NCBI GenBank assembly: GCA_020632795.1
Contig: JACKEV010000010.1
Span: forward strand, 159,127 to 223,126
DNA: 64,000 nucleotides
Source: Alphaproteobacteria bacterium
GTDB lineage: Bacteria; Myxococcota_A; UBA796; CAJQPC01
Reading direction: 5' to 3'
Under the pieces are notes generated by a model that saw nothing but the letters and a program-made list of their open reading frames with translations, made no database searches and was not told the DNA's origin. Shown piece by piece: positions 26,830 through 35,184 of the stretch; position 1 is the stretch's first letter, and every line of letters begins with the position of its first letter. The position numbers and the translations under genes were made by a program.

Positions 26830-27216
26830 ATGAGCCGCGCCCGCGACTTCCTCGACGTCCTCAACGACCCCAGCGGCGCCCCGCTGCGGGGCAGCCACCC
26901 CGCCGACACGGCGCTGTTCCGGCTGCTGGTCCACGCCACCTTCGCCGACGGCCGGGTGGACCCCCGCGAGTTGGCCATGCTGCACAAGCTGGTGCCCGAC
27001 CGGACCGACCAGGAGATCCGCAACCTCGTCCTCAACGAGGCCCGCGCCAGGCTGAACATCGCCGAGCTGGCCGCCGCGCTGCCCGACCAGGAGTCCCGCG
27101 AGGAGGCCCTCATGCTGGCCAGCTTCACCGTGGCCGAGGACGAGGAGCTGCACCGCCGCGAGGTCGGCCTGCTCAGCAAGCTGATGGACGGCCTGGGGCT
27201 GAACCCCGAGGCCTGA
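26830..27216 (+). CDS. TerB-like (tellurite-resistance TerB/DjlA N-terminal-like) domain protein
   Basis: FADGRVDPRELAMLHKLV...EEELHRREVGLLSKLMDGLGL resembles the TerB fold signature. Confidence 0.4.
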   Translation: MSRARDFLDVLNDPSGAPLRGSHPADTALFRLLVHATFADGRVDPRELAMLHKLVPDRTDQEIRNLVLNEARARLNIAELAAALPDQESREEALMLASFTVAEDEELHRREVGLLSKLMDGLGLNPEA

Positions 27217-27218
27217 GG

Positions 27219-27944
27219 TCAGGCGGGCTCGCTCAGGCGCTGGTACAGCACCAGCACCACCAGCACCGGGTAGAGCCCGGCGAGCGAGGTCAGCATCCCC
27301 GCCATCATGGTCAGCGCGATGAGGCCAGCCAACTCGGTGAGCATGGTGACGAGGAAGGCAAAGCAGAACACGACCACCGAGGCGGACAGCACAGCGCGGA
27401 ACACCGCCCAGCCCCGCCCGGCGACCAACGCCTCGCTGCGCTTGAGGGCATCAAAGGCGCCGCATCCTTCCAGGGTCACGACGGGATCGGTCAGAGAATA
27501 CCGGGTCCACAGCACCATCCCAGGGACCACGAGCAGCAACGACCCCAGGCCGACGAGCAGACCGACCAGCAGCCGGGCTCCGAACACGGCGGGCAGAAGC
27601 TTCGCGGCGCGATCCAGGGCGGCGCGCAGGTCCAGGGGCTCGCCGCTGCGCTCCATCTGCGTGACCCCGATGAACATCCAGGGGGCGACCAACGCGGCCC
27701 CCAGGCCGGACGCGAGGTTCGTGAGGGACTCCACCAGGTTGACGGCCTCGGCCCGGGCCACCCAGAGCCCCAGGCCGTGCACCACCTCGATGGGCCCGAA
27801 CACCAGCAGCGAGGGCAGCAGGACGGCCTGCCAGTAGCGCCCGGCCAGCCACGCGGCATGGTGCAGCACCTCGCCGGTCGCCAGGCTCCGCGCCGCAGGC
27901 TCCTCCAGCCGGGCGTCCGGCGGGGCGTAGAGGTTGTCAGCCAT
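27219..27944 (-). CDS. integral membrane protein (about 6 TM helices), unknown function
   Basis: Multiple hydrophobic stretches. High GC3. Confidence 0.5.
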   Translation of the reverse strand: MADNLYAPPDARLEEPAARSLATGEVLHHAAWLAGRYWQAVLLPSLLVFGPIEVVHGLGLWVARAEAVNLVESLTNLASGLGAALVAPWMFIGVTQMERSGEPLDLRAALDRAAKLLPAVFGARLLVGLLVGLGSLLLVVPGMVLWTRYSLTDPVVTLEGCGAFDALKRSEALVAGRGWAVFRAVLSASVVVFCFAFLVTMLTELAGLIALTMMAGMLTSLAGLYPVLVVLVLYQRLSEPA

Positions 27945-27965
27945 GTGGAGAGCATCCCATGAACG

Positions 27966-28823
27966 TCAGAACAATGCGACCTGCGGCGGTGGCGGGAGCT
28001 GCGTCCAGGGCAGCGGCGGCACCGGCGCCCCCCGCGCCTCCAGCAGCGCCTGGAAGCGCCGCGCGCAGGCCGGGGAGAACTCCTCGAAGGGGCAGTGGAC
28101 AAAAAAGAACACTGTTCGCTTTTCATCCAGCCAGGCGTGGACCTGCGCGGCCCAGGCCTCCAATTCTGCGGTGTTGCGCGCCGGGTCGGGGTGGCTGATG
28201 AAGCGCACGAAGACCACCGGCCCGGTGGCCACCGGGTGCAGGGGCAGCTCGGGCTTGCGGCGCTGGGACTCAGCCTGCGGGTCGTCTTCCCCCGCATAGA
28301 TGGGGCGGGTGTCCAGCAGCACGCGGCCCATGCCCAGGCGGCGCAGCAGGGTGTCGAGGCGGTCCTCGTACTCCGGGGTGAACCAGCCGGGGTGGCGCAC
28401 CTCGACCAGCAGGGGGTGGTCGGCCTCCCGGCGCCAGGCGTTGAGCAGGCGGGCGAGGTCGGGGCCGCGCTCGGGCCCGTAACCCGGGGGGAGCTGGAGG
28501 AACACCGGCCCCAGGCGCTGACCCAGACCGTCGCGCATGTAGCGCAGGAAGCTCAGGGCCTCCGGGATCTTCGGCGCCAGGGCGCCCTCGTGGCTGATGA
28601 CGCGCGGGATCTTGGGGCAGAACCGGAAGCCCGGCGGCGTCATCTCCACCCAGCGGGCCAGGGTCTCGGCCGGCGGCACGGCGTAGAACACCGCGTTGCC
28701 CTCCACCGTCCACATCCGCTCCCCGTAGAGCCGCAGCATGTCGGGCTGGCGGGTCCCCGGGGGGAAGAAGGAACCGACCCAGCCGGGGAAGGCCCAGACC
28801 GCACAGCCCAGGTAGAAGCGCAT
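27966..28823 (-). CDS. DUF72 (YecE-like) family protein
   Basis: N-terminus MRFYLGCAVWAFPGWVGSFFP matches the DUF72 signature (G.SGW....W.G.FYP). Confidence 0.7.
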   Translation of the reverse strand: MRFYLGCAVWAFPGWVGSFFPPGTRQPDMLRLYGERMWTVEGNAVFYAVPPAETLARWVEMTPPGFRFCPKIPRVISHEGALAPKIPEALSFLRYMRDGLGQRLGPVFLQLPPGYGPERGPDLARLLNAWRREADHPLLVEVRHPGWFTPEYEDRLDTLLRRLGMGRVLLDTRPIYAGEDDPQAESQRRKPELPLHPVATGPVVFVRFISHPDPARNTAELEAWAAQVHAWLDEKRTVFFFVHCPFEEFSPACARRFQALLEARGAPVPPLPWTQLPPPPQVALF

Positions 28824-28859
28824 GGCGCGCTCCTACTCCGGTCAGAAAATGGCTGCAAC

Positions 28860-29648
28860 CTACGCCCCGGTCTCCCCGCGGAGCCACGCGTTGATGTTCT
28901 CCGCCGCGTTGTGCATCGCGGAGACCCCCTGGGAGATCTGCCAGCTCTCGGGCAGGTCCGCGCCGATGACCTCGCCGTCGGCCCAGATGGTCCACGCCCG
29001 GCGGGTGGTGCCGTCGGGGCGGGCGTAGCTGAACGAGAAGCTGTACTGCTGGTAGACCGCCAGGAAGTTGACGGTGAACTCGATGGGCAGCGGCCCCAGG
29101 TTGCGGTGGGCGATGGCCTTCGTGCCGTCGCTCAGCTCGATCCAGCGGAAGGCGGTGTCGTAGCCGTTGAACATCTCGATGCCGAGCACGCCCATGTCGA
29201 TGTGGACGTCGTCGGAGGCGCGGAAGAACTCGCAGCGCTGCTCGGCGAAGCAGTCGGGGTCGTCGTCGGTCTCGCGGGTGAACTCGATGTAGGTGTCGAA
29301 GATCTCGTCCTGGTGGGGGTACACGTAGACGGCGGCGAGGTCCTCGGGGGGCGCGACGAAGTCCACCCCGGTGACCGCGCCCAGGATCTCCTCCTCGACG
29401 GTGGCGTCGACCCCGGCGGCGGCCAGGTTGGCGTCCCCCAGGGCGTTGACCGCGTAGCCCTCCTCGGCCTCGGCCATGTGATTGTCCATCCAGGGGATGA
29501 GCTTCTCGGCCAGGGCGACCATGTAGGCGGGGTCCTCGGCCTCGAAGTTCTCGAAGCCGTAGACCATCATCTCCTCGATGGTGTCGGGGGCCTCGGGGGC
29601 CTTGCAGGCGCCCAGGGCCAGGAGCAGGGGCAGGGTGCGATGGATCAT
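28860..29648 (-). CDS. lipoprotein (262 aa)
   Basis: Internal ATG at 29648 gives MIHRTLPLLLALGACKAPEAP, a lipobox LGAC. Upstream ORF extension is Gly/Arg-rich. Confidence 0.5.
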   Translation of the reverse strand: MIHRTLPLLLALGACKAPEAPDTIEEMMVYGFENFEAEDPAYMVALAEKLIPWMDNHMAEAEEGYAVNALGDANLAAAGVDATVEEEILGAVTGVDFVAPPEDLAAVYVYPHQDEIFDTYIEFTRETDDDPDCFAEQRCEFFRASDDVHIDMGVLGIEMFNGYDTAFRWIELSDGTKAIAHRNLGPLPIEFTVNFLAVYQQYSFSFSYARPDGTTRRAWTIWADGEVIGADLPESWQISQGVSAMHNAAENINAWLRGETGA

Positions 29649-29710
29649 GGGCCCCAATGTACACCGCGCGCGCCCCGCCGGCCCCCCGCCGACTATGACA
29701 GAATACAGCC

Positions 29711-30958
29711 GTGATGCGCCCCTCCCGCCGCCGCCTGATGACCGGATCCGCTGCGCTGGCGGGCATGGGCCTGCTGCCACGCCCGGTCCGCGCGGCCCCC
29801 GCCGACCGCCGCTTCATCTTCATCGTGAACTTCGGCGGATGGGACGTCACCCGGGCCATCTACCCGGCCTTCGACAACCCGGTCGTGGACATGGAGCCGA
29901 ACGCCACCACGGCGCGGGCGGGCAACCTCGACTTCGTGGACCACCCCGAGCGGCCGATGGTGCGGGACTTCTTCCAGCAGTACCACGACCGCACGATGCT
30001 TCTGCACGGCATCCTGGTGCCCTCGGTGGCCCACATGGCCTGCCTGCGCCTCATCCTCACCGGTCGCATCGCCGGGCGGCCCGACTGGCCGGCGATCCTG
30101 GCCAGCGCCGTCGGCCAGCGCTTCGCCCTGCCGCACCTGGTCCTCTCCGGGCCCTCCTACCCCGCCGACCTGGGGGCCTGGGTCACCCGCACCGGCACCA
30201 GCGGCCAGCTCGAGGCCCTCATCACCGGGGACATCGCCGGGTGGAGCGACACGCCGGTCGACGAGACGGGGCTCTTGCTCCAGCAGGCCGAGCAGCGGGT
30301 CCTGGAGCGCCGGGTCCGCCGCGCGGTGGAGGCCGCCCCCGACCCCCGCAGCGCCGCGCTGCTCGACGCCTACGCCGCCAGCCTCGACCGCGCCGAGCAG
30401 CTCAAGCTCGCCAACGACGTCATCGACTGGGAGACCGGCGGGGACTTCGTCGGCGACTGCCTGCTGGCGGCGGACATGCTGGCCCAGGACCTCGCGTCGT
30501 GTGTGACCGTGACCTTCACCCACGACTGGGACACCCACGCGCTGAACGACATCTGGCAGAACTGGCACTGGCAGGGCCTGTTCGACGGCCTCAACGGGCT
30601 GATGCAGACGCTGGACAGCACCCCCGGCCACAGCACGCCCACCCTGGCCGAGGAGACCGTCGTGGTCGTGCTCAGCGAGATGGGCCGCACCCCGGGCCTG
30701 AACGCCGAGGAGGGCAAGGACCACTGGCCCTACACCTCGGCCATGCTCATCGGGCCGGGCTTCACCGGGGACCGGGTCGTGGGGGGCTACGACGACACCT
30801 TCTACGGCCGCCGCCTGGACCACGCCGCCGCCGAGGCCACCGACAGCGGCAGCGACGTCACCTGCGACTCCCTGGGCGCGACCCTGCTCGCCCTGGCCGA
30901 CGTCGACCCCGGGGACTTCCTGCCCGGGGCCAGCGCCATCGAGGGGGTGCTGACGTGA
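29711..30958 (+). CDS. DUF1501-family protein, Tat-exported
   Basis: Twin-arginine signal SRRRLMTGSAALAGMGL. Overall size and composition are typical of DUF1501 (sulfatase-like fold). It is the first gene of a three-gene overlapping operon. Confidence 0.65.
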   Translation: MMRPSRRRLMTGSAALAGMGLLPRPVRAAPADRRFIFIVNFGGWDVTRAIYPAFDNPVVDMEPNATTARAGNLDFVDHPERPMVRDFFQQYHDRTMLLHGILVPSVAHMACLRLILTGRIAGRPDWPAILASAVGQRFALPHLVLSGPSYPADLGAWVTRTGTSGQLEALITGDIAGWSDTPVDETGLLLQQAEQRVLERRVRRAVEAAPDPRSAALLDAYAASLDRAEQLKLANDVIDWETGGDFVGDCLLAADMLAQDLASCVTVTFTHDWDTHALNDIWQNWHWQGLFDGLNGLMQTLDSTPGHSTPTLAEETVVVVLSEMGRTPGLNAEEGKDHWPYTSAMLIGPGFTGDRVVGGYDDTFYGRRLDHAAAEATDSGSDVTCDSLGATLLALADVDPGDFLPGASAIEGVLT

Positions 30959-31869
30959 TCGGCCTCCTGCTCGCCCTGGGCTGCGCCGAGCCCCCGATCG
31001 CCGAGGACCCCGTCCCCGACCCGGTCGTCCCCGACGCCTACGACGTCGACGCCGAGGTCCCCGACCCCGGCGCCCCCCTCACCCCCGACCAGCTCGCCGA
31101 GGGCCTGGACCGGGTGGTCGCCCAGGTCCTGCGCACCGACCCCAGCCTCATGCACGACACCTGGGCCGGGCTGATGTTCGAGCACGCCGACCCCGACTGC
31201 CCCACCGTCGTCGAGCACAACGGCCAGGACCACTGGCGTGAGGACGGCTGCGTCACCGATGACGGCACCACCTTCCAGGGCTGGTCGCTGTACTTCCGCC
31301 TGTTCCAGCCCCAGATGACCACCGAGCCGCTGCACTACCTCAGCGTCGGCTGGCTCAGCGGCCAGGCCACCATCACGACCGCAGCCGGGGTCGAGCTGAT
31401 CAACTACGGCGACGTGCTGCACGAGCGCTACCTGGACCCCGACGACCAGGAGACCGACGCCGGCTTCGTGTTCGGCGACTTCTGGTTCAGCGGCCTGGAC
31501 GGCCAGGGCACCTGGCTCCAGGACGGCGTGACGATGGAGATGTACTTCACCCTCGTCGACCACCACGCCCAGGCCCGCAGCACCGCCCTCGACCTGCAGA
31601 TGGCCTACCTGCCCGACCCCGTGCCCGCCGCCATCTTCGAGGACTTCCTGCTCACCGACGAGGCCGGCGCCTGCGGGCTGGAGCCCGACGGCCGGGTGTG
31701 GGCCCGGGACGACGCCGGGCGCTGGTATGAGGTCATCTTCGAGGGCGCCGCCGCCACCGGCGACGCCTGCGACGGCTGCGGCGAGGCCTGGCTGAACGAC
31801 CAGAGCGTCGGCGAGGTCTGCGTGGACTGGACCCCACTCCTGTTCACCTGGAGCCGAGAGCCCCGATGA
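30955..31869 (+). CDS. lipoprotein (304 aa), Cys-rich C-terminal region
   Basis: GTG start overlaps the DUF1501 stop (GTGA). VIGLLLALGCAEPP lipobox. Confidence 0.5.
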   Translation: MIGLLLALGCAEPPIAEDPVPDPVVPDAYDVDAEVPDPGAPLTPDQLAEGLDRVVAQVLRTDPSLMHDTWAGLMFEHADPDCPTVVEHNGQDHWREDGCVTDDGTTFQGWSLYFRLFQPQMTTEPLHYLSVGWLSGQATITTAAGVELINYGDVLHERYLDPDDQETDAGFVFGDFWFSGLDGQGTWLQDGVTMEMYFTLVDHHAQARSTALDLQMAYLPDPVPAAIFEDFLLTDEAGACGLEPDGRVWARDDAGRWYEVIFEGAAATGDACDGCGEAWLNDQSVGEVCVDWTPLLFTWSREPR

Positions 31870-33425
31870 TGGTGCTCCTGCTCCTGTCCTGCTCCGACGG
31901 CCCGGTCGAGGCCCCCGCGCCCACCGTCGACCCGGTCGTCGCCCTCACCCGACTCAGCCTGGACCTGCGCGGGGTGCGCCCCACCCTGGACGAGTACGCG
32001 GCCGTCGGCGACGACCGCTCCGCCCTTGAGCCCGTGGTCGACGACTGGATGGCCGACCCCCGCTTCGGCCTGCGCTACGCCGACCTGATGGCCCCGGTCT
32101 ATCGCACCCCGGTCACCGAGACCGACATCGAGGAGTTCACCTACACCCTGGACGACCCCACCCGCTTCCTGGAGGGCATGGGCGCCGAGCCCCTGCGCAT
32201 CCTGGCCCGGATCGCCCAGGAGGACCTGCCCTGGACCGAGCTGGTCACCGGCGACTGGACGATGGTCACCGAGGTGATGGCCGAGAGCTACCCCACCGAC
32301 TACCCCGAGAGCGCCACCGGCTGGCAGCTCGCCCACTACACCGACGACCGCCCCGCCGCCGGCGTCCTCTCCACGAACGGGCTGTGGTGGCGCTACAGCT
32401 CCACCCTGGCCAACGCCAACCGGGGCCGGGCCAACGCGGTCAGCCGCATCCTGCTGTGCCGGGACTACCTCGACCAGCAGATCGAGGGCGACCGCGACCT
32501 CAACCTGCTGGACGAGGAGGCCGTCGCGAACGCCCTGGCCACCAGCGACGCCTGCGTGACCTGCCACGCCAGCCTCGACCCGATGGCGGCGGTGTTCTGG
32601 GGCTTCTACAACCACTTCGGCTTCTCCCCCACCGAGCAGACCCACTACCACCCCGAGCGGGAGCGCCTCTGGGCCGAGTACACCGGCGTGGGCCCGGCCT
32701 ACCAGGGCCAGCCCGTCGACGGCCTCGCCGACCTGGGGCGGGCCATCGCCCGGGACCCCCGCTACGCCGAGTGCGCGGTGAAGCGCACCTTCGAGCAGCT
32801 CCTCCAGAGGCCGGCCACCCTGGACGACACCGCCACCCTGACCGAGCACCGCCAGGCCTTCCTGGAGGGCGGGCTGACCGTGCGGGCCCTGGTGCGCGCG
32901 GTGGTCACCAGCCCGGACTACCTCACCCCGCCCACCGACGACCCGGCGGCCAGCCCCTGGAAGCTGGTCACCCCCTGGCAGTACGCCGCCCAGGTCGAGG
33001 ACCTCACCGGCTTCCGCTTCGCGGTGGGCGGCTACGACCTGTTCAACACCGACACCTTCGGGGTGCGCGGCCTGGCCGGGGACGTGGGCGCGGACTTCTC
33101 CAGCCGCAGCGGGGTGGAGCCCACCGCCACGATGGCCCTGGTCATGGAGCGGGTGGCCGAGGCCGCCGCCTGGTACGCCGTCGACCAGCCCGATCAGAAC
33201 CTCATCACCGAGGTCCCGGTGGACGCGGTGCCCAGCGAGGCCGACGCCATCGCCCAGCTTGAGGCCCTGCACCTCCGCGTGCTCGGCCAGCAGGGCGACA
33301 CGGAAGACGTCGCGCGGACCTGGGCGCTGTGGCAGCAGCTCCACGCCCTGTCGGGCTCGCCGCGGGACGCGTGGGCCGGGGTGCTGGCGTACCTGATGCG
33401 GCACCCGGGGTTCGTGGTGTATTGA
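31866..33425 (+). CDS. DUF1549/DUF1553-like (PSD1/PSCyt-type) protein, usual partner of DUF1501
   Basis: RLSLDLRGVRPTLDEYAAVGDD...DPRFGLRYADLM matches the DUF1549 N-terminal motif. A CVTCHASLDP cysteine/histidine motif is present in the C-terminal half. ATG overlaps the upstream stop (ATGA). Confidence 0.55.
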   Translation: MMVLLLLSCSDGPVEAPAPTVDPVVALTRLSLDLRGVRPTLDEYAAVGDDRSALEPVVDDWMADPRFGLRYADLMAPVYRTPVTETDIEEFTYTLDDPTRFLEGMGAEPLRILARIAQEDLPWTELVTGDWTMVTEVMAESYPTDYPESATGWQLAHYTDDRPAAGVLSTNGLWWRYSSTLANANRGRANAVSRILLCRDYLDQQIEGDRDLNLLDEEAVANALATSDACVTCHASLDPMAAVFWGFYNHFGFSPTEQTHYHPERERLWAEYTGVGPAYQGQPVDGLADLGRAIARDPRYAECAVKRTFEQLLQRPATLDDTATLTEHRQAFLEGGLTVRALVRAVVTSPDYLTPPTDDPAASPWKLVTPWQYAAQVEDLTGFRFAVGGYDLFNTDTFGVRGLAGDVGADFSSRSGVEPTATMALVMERVAEAAAWYAVDQPDQNLITEVPVDAVPSEADAIAQLEALHLRVLGQQGDTEDVARTWALWQQLHALSGSPRDAWAGVLAYLMRHPGFVVY

Positions 33426-33433
33426 CGCGCGCC

Positions 33434-33598
33434 AGTACCCCCACCCCGAAGTTCCTACCGAGTACCGGTAGAACCTGGTGGGTCCTCCGTGTCGTCCGGC
33501 GAACCGCCGCGTGTCGGGACACGTCAGGCGAGCCGGGCGGCGCGGAGGGCGTGCCAGGGGCAGCGCAAACTCGGTAGGAACTTCGGGGTGGGGGTACT
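33434..33598. repeat. 30-bp perfect inverted repeat pair (AGTACCCCCACCCCGAAGTTCCTACCGAGT) flanking a 105-bp spacer, between convergent genes; arms contain an FRT-like GAAGTTCCTAC core
   Basis: Arms at 33434-33463 and 33569-33598 are exact reverse complements, read from the sequence. Confidence 0.7.
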
Positions 33599-34586
33599 AC
33601 CCCTCGTCGTCCTTCTTCCGCCGCCGGATCCGCATCCGCCCCTCGTTCTGGGAGAACCCGAACAGGTCGTCCAGCCCTCCGTCGGGCCCCGGCGGCCTGC
33701 GGGCGACCGGGGGCTCGGGCGCCGCGGGCGTGGCCGTCGACTCCTCCGGGTCCGCGTTGGTGATCACGGTCTCCTGGAGCTTGGGGGGGCGCAGCACCTT
33801 CGGCCCGGTGGCCTGGGTGGGCCCGCCCATGCGCAGCCGCCCCCCCTGGCGCTTCTGGGTGGCCTCGGGCATCGGCGGGCGGCGGTCGATCGTCGGGGCG
33901 TTGTCGCTGGCCTCGGGCGGGGCCGACACCACCGGGGGCCTGCGGTTGCCCCGGGTCGGGGTGACGCTGGGGGGGCTGGGTGGCGGCGGCCGGCGGCTGA
34001 ACTCCTTGGGCGGCGGCACGTCCCCCGCAGGCTTGGGCGCGAGCTTGGGCGCGGGCCGGGGCGCGGCCTTGGGGGCCCGGGGCGCGTCGGGGAGCTTGCG
34101 CTTCTGCTTGCGCGCGGGCTCCTTGGGCTTCGCGTGGGGGGCGGGCTGGCGCCGCTCCCGGAAGCGCAGGTTCACCGGCCCCAGGGAGAGGGGTCGCTCC
34201 TGGGCGTCGGGGTCGTAGGGGTCGGCCAGGCCCATGCGGTCGAACAGCCGGGAGCGCCGCTCGGACCCCGGGCCCGACACCCGGCGGCTGTACACCCGGT
34301 CGTAGACCGACTCCCCCGCGAGGGCGCGCGGGGCCTGCTCGGCGATGACCTCGGAGGCCAGCGGCTCGTCCTCTTCAGCAGGCTCAGGCTCGACGACCGC
34401 GTCGTCATCGGCATCGTGGGGTTCCAACGTCCCAGGATCCGCGGGGGGCGGGGCCAGCGGAGGCGCGGCCGCCTCGAACCCCAGGTCCGGCATCGCCCGG
34501 GGGGGCGCGTCGTCCCAGCCGGAGCCCTCGAAGCCCAGGTCCGGCATCATTCCTCGGCGGCGGGTGTCGTCACGATCGTCGCTCAT
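33597..34586 (-). CDS. Pro/Ala-rich low-complexity protein (329 aa), basic C-terminus
   Basis: Long ORF with good GC3, 10 bp downstream of the SRPBCC gene stop. Repeated PDLGFE motif at the N-terminus. No recognisable domain. Confidence 0.4.
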   Translation of the reverse strand: MSDDRDDTRRRGMMPDLGFEGSGWDDAPPRAMPDLGFEAAAPPLAPPPADPGTLEPHDADDDAVVEPEPAEEDEPLASEVIAEQAPRALAGESVYDRVYSRRVSGPGSERRSRLFDRMGLADPYDPDAQERPLSLGPVNLRFRERRQPAPHAKPKEPARKQKRKLPDAPRAPKAAPRPAPKLAPKPAGDVPPPKEFSRRPPPPSPPSVTPTRGNRRPPVVSAPPEASDNAPTIDRRPPMPEATQKRQGGRLRMGGPTQATGPKVLRPPKLQETVITNADPEESTATPAAPEPPVARRPPGPDGGLDDLFGFSQNEGRMRIRRRKKDDEG

Positions 34587-34596
34587 CGTGCCTATC

Positions 34597-35184
34597 CTAC
34601 CCTGCCCCCGCCGCGCGGGCCGCGATCAGGGTCACCATCGTGGGCAGGCCCCGGTCGGCGGCCTTGCGGTGGATGGGCGAGGGCAGCCACCACGCGGTCT
34701 CCACCGAGGCCCCGTAGAGCACCAGGGTGCGCTGCGGCGCGTCGGCCCACGGGCGCGTCTGCCAGAAGCCCGTCGCGCGGGCCATCGGGGAGGTCCCCCG
34801 GGGCACCATCTCCCAGGTCATGTAGCCCTCGGCCTGGCGCAGGCGGCTCTCCACCGCGTAGCGGGTCACCACGCCCTTGGTGGTCAGCTCCATGCCCCAG
34901 CGCCACACCGCGACCCCGTCGACGGGGGCACCTGCGGTCTCCAGCCAGGACGCGGTGACGTAGGGGAGGAAGTCGACGTAGGCGTCGAAGTCGGTGATCG
35001 TCGCCCACACCCGCTGGGGCGGGGCGTCCGCCAGGCAGACCGAGATCCCCGCCGAGCCCGCCTCCCCCTGCTCGGCGCGGTGGACCACCCCGCCCTGGGC
35101 CAGGCTGTCCCGCTCCTCGGCGGTGAAGGTGAACGTCGGGGGGGCCACGTCCCAGGACGGGCGCTTGCGGCGGCGGGGCCTCAC
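34597..35184 (-). CDS. SRPBCC-superfamily (START/polyketide-cyclase-like) protein
   Basis: WATITDFDAYVDFLPYV...TRYAVESRL...GFWQTRPW pattern. GTG start overlaps the M16 peptidase stop (GTGA). Confidence 0.5.
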   Translation of the reverse strand: MRPRRRKRPSWDVAPPTFTFTAEERDSLAQGGVVHRAEQGEAGSAGISVCLADAPPQRVWATITDFDAYVDFLPYVTASWLETAGAPVDGVAVWRWGMELTTKGVVTRYAVESRLRQAEGYMTWEMVPRGTSPMARATGFWQTRPWADAPQRTLVLYGASVETAWWLPSPIHRKAADRGLPTMVTLIAARAAGAG

